Shown here: positions 58,817-64,000 of the stretch, one piece after another
Layout of the letters: each line of letters opens with the position of its first letter
Position numbering within the stretch: position 1 is the stretch's first letter
Assembly (NCBI GenBank): GCA_030390025.1
Contig: CM059431.1
Coordinates: 138,634,001 to 138,698,000, forward strand
Length of the DNA stretch: 64,000 nt
Source of the DNA: Squalus acanthias
Lineage: Eukaryota
Direction: 5' to 3'
The notes under the pieces: generated by a model
Databases searched by the model: none
What the model was told of the DNA's origin: nothing
Seen by the model: only the letters and a program-made list of their open reading frames with translations
Program-made: the position numbers and the translations under genes

Positions 58817-59188
58817 TCACACAACTGAGATCCCAGTATTCCTTTTAAGATTCCTTTCACTCAACAAATCTTGTATATATGTATATGTATATATATATAT
58901 ATGTATATTGTCAGTATTCAATCGTTTAGTCCCATTCCATGGTCTGTTATTAGTCAAATTCATCAAACTGGTAGTATTGAACCACCAGCTTTCCATGGAA
59001 CTCCCTGCCCCGTACGTAATAAACTTTTGTATGCAACGACTTTTCCCCATATTAACTCTCTGTTGTTCTAAGGTCTGGGAAACATCCCAGCCATCCTTTT
59101 GCATCTTCTTAATCAACGAGCGTCTGTCTGTCATATATTTATCAATAAGGGAACCTGCAGGTCCCCACTTAGTTTCCCCATCTTTCAT
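58817..59188 (-). CDS. Chimeric short ORF: possible gag N-terminus fused to an env SU segment
   Basis: First ATG ORF after the leader; RVNMG junction shared with 55788-55804; three N-glycosylation sequons downstream. Gag identity is by position only. Confidence 0.45.
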   Translation of the reverse strand: MKDGETKWGPAGSLIDKYMTDRRSLIKKMQKDGWDVSQTLEQQRVNMGKSRCIQKFITYGAGSSMESWWFNTTSLMNLTNNRPWNGTKRLNTDNIHIYIYTYTYIQDLLSERNLKRNTGISVV

Positions 59189-59189
59189 C

Positions 59190-59454
59190 TTACGGGCTTT
59201 TAAACCCCCTATCTTGCGGGCTTTTAAACCCCCCTCTCCTACGGGCTTTTAAACCCCCTATCTGTTTATACTCACGGCCACGATTACCGTCTCAGCAACG
59301 TGTTTCCTCCACCGGAACCCTCGTCTCTTACGGGCTTTTAAACCCCCTATCTTGCGGGCTTTTAAACCCCCCTCTCCTACGGGCTTTTAAACCCCCTATC
59401 TGTTTATACTCACGGCCACGATTACCGTCTCAGCAACGTGTTTCCTCCACCGGA
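59190..59454. repeat. ERV leader repeats (CGGGCTTTTAAACCCCC units within a duplicated ~140-bp block)
   Basis: Block 59188-59314 is repeated at 59327-59454. Confidence 0.9.
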
Positions 59455-59895
59455 GTCCGGCTCTAGGTCAGGGTGATCAGCTCCTTACCGCACCGCTTAA
59501 AACTACAAACAGTACATACTCGTGAATTCTTATACTTTATGTACCTCTGCGTTTGTTCGCCACTACAGAGTTTGATGCCGAATGGTCCTTACTACTTGTG
59601 CTTCACGATCCTAAGTGCCTTGGTGCCTCTACGCCCACTTTATGGTCCTGACCATCGCGTGGGGGATTTCCCCTCTTAACAACCGGTCTAAGGCTGCGCG
59701 TTTGAGAAAGGCACTTCCTTGTCCTTAGTCGATCAGCACAAGCAATCAATTCCCGTTTCTATCCGATAGTCCCATAAATTCCCCTAATTTTTACCGGTTT
59801 TTAACTGCATTGTTGGCTCAGTCTGACTCCCACAGTTCAATAATCTCTACTCCAGTTCGCTGATCGAGGCCAACCGATCAACTCACCAGCAGTGA

Positions 59896-59914
59896 GATCC
59901 TGTTCGTGACGCCA
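59896..59914 (-). promoter_or_regulatory. ERV primer-binding site, tRNA-Lys(UUU)-like, followed by a splice donor CTG|GTGAGT at 59886
   Basis: TGGCGTCACGAACAGGATC three nt inside the 5' LTR boundary; compare Lys3 PBS TGGCGCCCGAACAGGGAC. Confidence 0.8.
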
Positions 59915-59917
59915 ATT

Positions 59918-60345
59918 TGTTGTGGGAAATCACCACTCGGAGTCAGACTTAAAGATTCAACATGCAGTTTCTTGAACAAAGCTTTGGGAGAAGTAGTGCA
60001 CAGTCACTTCTTCTCAATTTAAAATGGCTGTTGTACTTCTTTTTATACATTCCACAAGCACAGCAGTCTTGGTTAGTTACACTTTAGCCAATTATTCCCC
60101 CCTAGCAACAATGACCTCCAATTACATTCCTTTAAGAACAACCGTTATCTGGACCTTGGTGGTCTGGCTTTTGTCTGTTCTGTAGTTTCAGTAAATGACA
60201 GGAGGTAGCTCAAGGTTGGTTAGCACATTTTAATGTCTTTTCACAGAGTCCATTTTGTTTCACAGAGTCCCTTTGTTTCACAGAGTCCATTTTGTTTCAC
60301 AGAGTCCATTTTGTTTCAGGTAACCATCTCACTTTTACCACAACA
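59918..60345 (-). repeat. ERV 5' LTR (promoter)
   Basis: Identical by eye to 53023-53450 except position 59971 (AATAAA to AAGAAA on the minus strand). Confidence 0.96.
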
Positions 60346-60689
60346 ATTACACTTCCACTTGGCCACAGATTTTCTCCGGGCTTTTGCTCTGGAAAATTGC
60401 GGTGATTAGAAATCCAAAACAGCGCGGCGACCTCTACAGGGGATCTGGGACACAGGTGAACAGGCCAAGCAACTGTGCAACTCCTCAACCAATCAGATTA
60501 AAGAATCCTTACTGAGGCTCTCAGCGTCTGAACCAGGAAGCGTAAATTAGAATAGTTAATTCAGTGACAAATCAAGCACAGAAAGCGAAATAAAGAGAGA
60601 AATGTAAACTGCAAGTAAGAGAGTGAGAGATACAAGAGACAAAAGAAAAAGTTAAAGAACTTTTTTTTAAAACTTCACCAATAATTCCT

Positions 60690-61820
60690 TTTTTCTTCAT
60701 TCTTGGGATGTGGGCGTCTCTGGCAATGCCAGCATTTAATTTCTATTCCTAATGCCCCTTGAGAAGGTGGTGATGGGCCACCTTCTTGAATCACTGCAGT
60801 TCATGAGGTGAAGGTACTCACATATTGCTGGTGATATATTTCCAAGTCAGGATCATATGTCACTTGGAGGGGAACCTGGAGGTGGTGGTGTTCCCATGCG
60901 CCTGCTGCCCTTGTCCTTCTAGGTGGAAGAGGTCGCAGGGTTGGGATGTGCTGCTGAAGAAGCCTTGGCGAGTTGCTGCAGTGCATCTTGTAGATGGTAC
61001 ACACGGCAGCCACGGTACGCCGGTGGTGGAGGGAGTGAACGTTTAAAGTGGTGGATGGGGTGCCAATCAAGCGGGCTGCTTTGTCTTGGATGGTTTCGAG
61101 CTTCCTAAGTGTTGTTGGAGCTGCACTCATCCAGGCAAGTGGAGAGTATTCCATCACACTCCTTTGTTGTGCCTTGTAGATGGTGGAAAGGCTTTGGGGA
61201 GTCAGGAGGTGAGACAATCGCTGCAGAATACCTAGCCTCTTACCTGCTCTTGCAGCCACATTATTTTAGTCTAAGTTTCTGGTTAACGGTGACCCCCAGG
61301 ATGTTGATGGTGGGGGATTCAGCGATGGTAATGGCATTGAATGTCAAGGGGAGGTGGTTAGACTCTCGCTTGTTGGAGATAGTCATTGCCTAGTACTTTT
61401 GTGGCACGAATGTTACCTGCCACTTATCAGCCCAAGCCTGAATGTTCGCCAGGTCTTTTTTGCATGCGGGCATGGACTGCTTCATTATCTGTGGAGTGGT
61501 GAATAACGCTGAACACTGTGCAGTCATCAGCGAACATCCCCACTTCTGACCTTATGAAGGAGGGAAGGTCATTGATGAAGCAACTGAAGATGGTTGGGTC
61601 GAGGACACTGCCCTGAGGAAATCCTCCAGCGATGTCCTGGGGCTGAGATGATTGATGTTCAACCACAAGAACTATCTTCCGTTGTGCTTGGTATGACTCC
61701 AGCCTGTGGAGAGTTTTTTCCCTGATTACCATCGACTTCAATTTTACTAGTGCCCCTGGATTCCACACTCGGTCAAATGCTGCGTTGATGTCAAGGGCAG
61801 TCACCCTCACCTCACCTCTG
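60690..61820 (-). mobile_element. CR1/L2-group LINE 3' region
   Basis: ALDINAAFDRVW, PQGSVL, MFADD, RSVMEYSPLAW, IQDKAARLIG; 3' tail at 60690-60800. Confidence 0.9.
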
Positions 61821-62139
61821 AAAACTGCCATTTGCGGAAGGGAATTCCAAATTTCTACCACACTTTTCACGTCGAATTGTTTCCTAACTTAACCCCTGGC
61901 TCTAATTTTTTAATATTTGTCCCCCAATCCTAGACGTCCCAAACATTGGAAATGTTTTCTTTCTATCTCCCCTATTAGCTCACCTCCAATGCTAATACAA
62001 CCTTCCTCAGGTGCCCAGAACTGAACCCAATCCTCCAACTGTGGTCTATCCAGGGCTTTGTATCGCTAGAGCATCAGCAGCACATGTCTATATTGGAATC
62101 CCCTAGATATACCTGCCCATGATAATTTAATGATTATTT

Positions 62140-62483
62140 TATTCATTGGACATGTGGACGCCGCCAGCTATGCCAGTTTTCATTGTTGGTGGCGAGCTGC
62201 CTTCTTGAATAAAAGTGAGTGGTTTGCTAGACCATTTCAGAGTGCAGTTAAAAGTTAACCAAATTGCTGTGGTCCTGGAATCACACACAGGCCAGAATGG
62301 CAGATTTTGGCTCAATTCGGGAACCAGATGCATTTTTGCGATGATGTGGTAGTTTTGCCATTACTGATTGATTATTTAATTGAATTTAAATTCCCCAGCT
62401 GCTGTGGGGGGATTTAAAACCCATCTCTATGGATGACCTCAGGATTACTACTCAAATAACAGACCCACTATGCTACTGTACCC
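62140..62483 (-). mobile_element. Degenerate copy of the SINE at 421-889
   Basis: Reverse-complement matches (gctagaccatttcaga; aattccccagctgctgtgg; ccactatgctac). Confidence 0.8.
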
Positions 62484-62620
62484 ATATGTACAATGAACCC
62501 TAAGTCTCTTGGAATCTCCACTTTTTCTAGCCTTTTACCATTTAGAAAGTATTCTGATCTATCCTTATTAGGTCCTAAGTGGAAGACCTCACACTTCTTC
62601 AATCCAGTTGCCATAATAAA

Positions 62621-62932
62621 GGCAACATGGTGGCATAGTGGTTAGCACTGTTGCCTCACAACACCAGAGACCCGGGTTCGAATCCGGCCACGGGTGACTG
62701 TCTGTGTGGAGTTTGCACATTCTCCCCGTGTCTGCGTGGGTTTCTTCCGGGTGCTCCGGTTTCCTCCCACAGTCCAAAGATGTGCGGGTTAGGTTGATTT
62801 GGCTATGATAAATTGACCCTTAGTGTTAGGGGGGATTAAATAAGTGGGGTTATGGGGATAGGGTGGGATATGTGTCGGTGCAGGCTCGATGGGCCGAAAT
62901 GGCCTCCATCTGCACTGTGGGGACTCTGTGAA
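62621..62932 (+). mobile_element. HE1-like V-SINE
   Basis: tRNA head TGGCATAGTGG / GGTTCGAATCC; V-domain tgtgtggagtttgcacattctccccgtgtctgcgtgggttt...ccggtttcctcccacagtccaaaga; CR1-type tail gatgggccgaaatggcctcc. Confidence 0.92.
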
Positions 62933-63797
62933 TTTTGCCCATTCACAATCTATTAATATCTCTCTGTAAGTTCATGCTTCCATCTGCACTGCTTACAATG
63001 CCGCCTATCTGTGTCATCATCACACTTCGATGTGCGGCTCTCAATCCGAACTTCTAAATCGATAATGAATAGGGTGAATAGGTGAGGCCCCAACACAGAA
63101 CCCTCGGGACACCACTCGTCATATGCTGCCAACTGAAGTACCTGCCCATTATCTGTACACTCTGTATTCTGTCACTCAAAAAATGTCCTAACCAGGACAA
63201 TAATTTGCCTTCAATTCCACGAGCATCAACTTTAGCTAACAGCCTCTTTTGAGTGAATTTATCGAATGCATTTTTGCCCATGTATACTTGTTTTTAATGA
63301 TTTGTGAACTGGGACTCACAAACCTCTTTGCTCCTCAAGTTAGCAGCTTCCCATCATTTAAAAATACTCCGAACTATCTTAGTTGTTTCCAAAGTGGATG
63401 AACTTTTGTACAATGAACTCGATTTGCCATAATTTTGCCCACTCACGTCATCTGTCTCTGTCGCTTACTACTACAGTGCCTTCGAACTTAGTGCGAACTT
63501 GGAGCTGCCGCACTCTGTTGCTCCATCCACGTCATTAATAAATATGGTGAAAAGATGACGATCCAATACAGATATCTGGGGAACAGCACTTCTCACATCT
63601 GACGCCGCTGCTAAACAGCGTGTCGCTTGTGGGAGGGAGAATATTCCTCAAGTGAAGCCTGTATGAGGCAGTCAGCCTGGGTGTGTGAGAAAAATGTGCT
63701 GTACAGAGTGGATCACTGGAGAAGCAAATGGAAAATATAGAGGGTGTAATGATGCACGGCAGCCGGTGAAGGTCGCTGTGTGAGCTTGAGATCCAGA

Positions 63798-63871
63798 GCG
63801 TGGATTTCTCAGTTAGTAGAGCATCAGCCTTTATAATCTGAAGGTCCAGGTTTCAGGTTCCTGGTCAGGTG
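63798..63871 (+). pseudogene. tRNA-Lys(UUU) pseudogene
   Basis: GCGTGGATTTCTCAGTTAGTAGAGCATCAGCCTTTATAATCTGAAGGTCCAGGTTTCAGGTTCCTGGTCAGGTG aligns to vertebrate tRNA-Lys-TTT, with broken stems and an insertion in the anticodon loop. Confidence 0.8.
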
Positions 63872-63911
63872 TTCATTTATATCACGAGTCTAATCTCCAC
63901 ATTCGTGCATT

Positions 63912-64000
63912 GACATAGAACAGGAGCAGGCCATTTAGCCCCTCGAGCCTGTTCTGCCATTCATTGAGATCATGGTTGATCTGTGACCGAGTTCAAAAAA
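63912..64000 (-). mobile_element. CR1 3' tail, cut by the window end
   Basis: aggagcaggccatttagcccctcgagcctgttctgccattcattgagatcatgg, as at 23060 and 35435. Confidence 0.8.

Larger units (their letters stand above)
53023..60345 (-). mobile_element. Endogenous retrovirus, recent, gag-pol-deleted, env intact
   Basis: Two 428-bp TG..CA LTRs, 4-bp TSD ATTA, PBS, PPT, integrase C-terminal half, env with gamma-type TM. Confidence 0.96.
61830..63600 (-). mobile_element. Old degenerate CR1 fragments interrupted by two SINEs
   Basis: IWNSLPQ, AFDK...GIEGKLLSWL...TSGVP remnants. Confidence 0.7.

Noticed and set aside
52973..60685. Possible MITE-like host sequence around the ERV (GGCCTGGATTTT at ~52973, continuing after 60350)
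   Set aside because: Only one TIR-like end was found; the other end could not be located.

Overview
Eukaryotic, repeat-dense vertebrate DNA, most likely from a shark or other cartilaginous fish (HE1/V-SINE, HER1-type CR1, Penelope pLTRs, chondrichthyan-type NLR). One host gene is present: a + strand NLR immune receptor (death-fold/CARD-like N-terminus, NACHT, ribonuclease-inhibitor-type LRRs). I can splice 11 coding exons in frame from 1936 to the stop at 30824 (~1056 codons); the start codon is not found and probably lies upstream of the window. One extra LRR exon was destroyed by an RTE insertion. The rest is nested mobile DNA: CR1, L2, RTE and Penelope retroelements (the latter with hammerhead ribozyme motifs), SINEs, Harbinger transposons and MITEs (one 4.18-kb near-intact element), minisatellites, and a ~1.9-kb three-copy macro-repeat. 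The most unusual object is a very young minus-strand endogenous retrovirus (53023-60345). Its 428-bp LTRs differ at one base, which disables the poly(A) signal of the 5' LTR. It lacks most of gag-pol, keeps an intact spliceable env, and carries pieces of a second env in permuted order bounded by a 17-nt direct repeat. Boundaries of degenerate repeats are approximate; family names come from recognition, not database searches.
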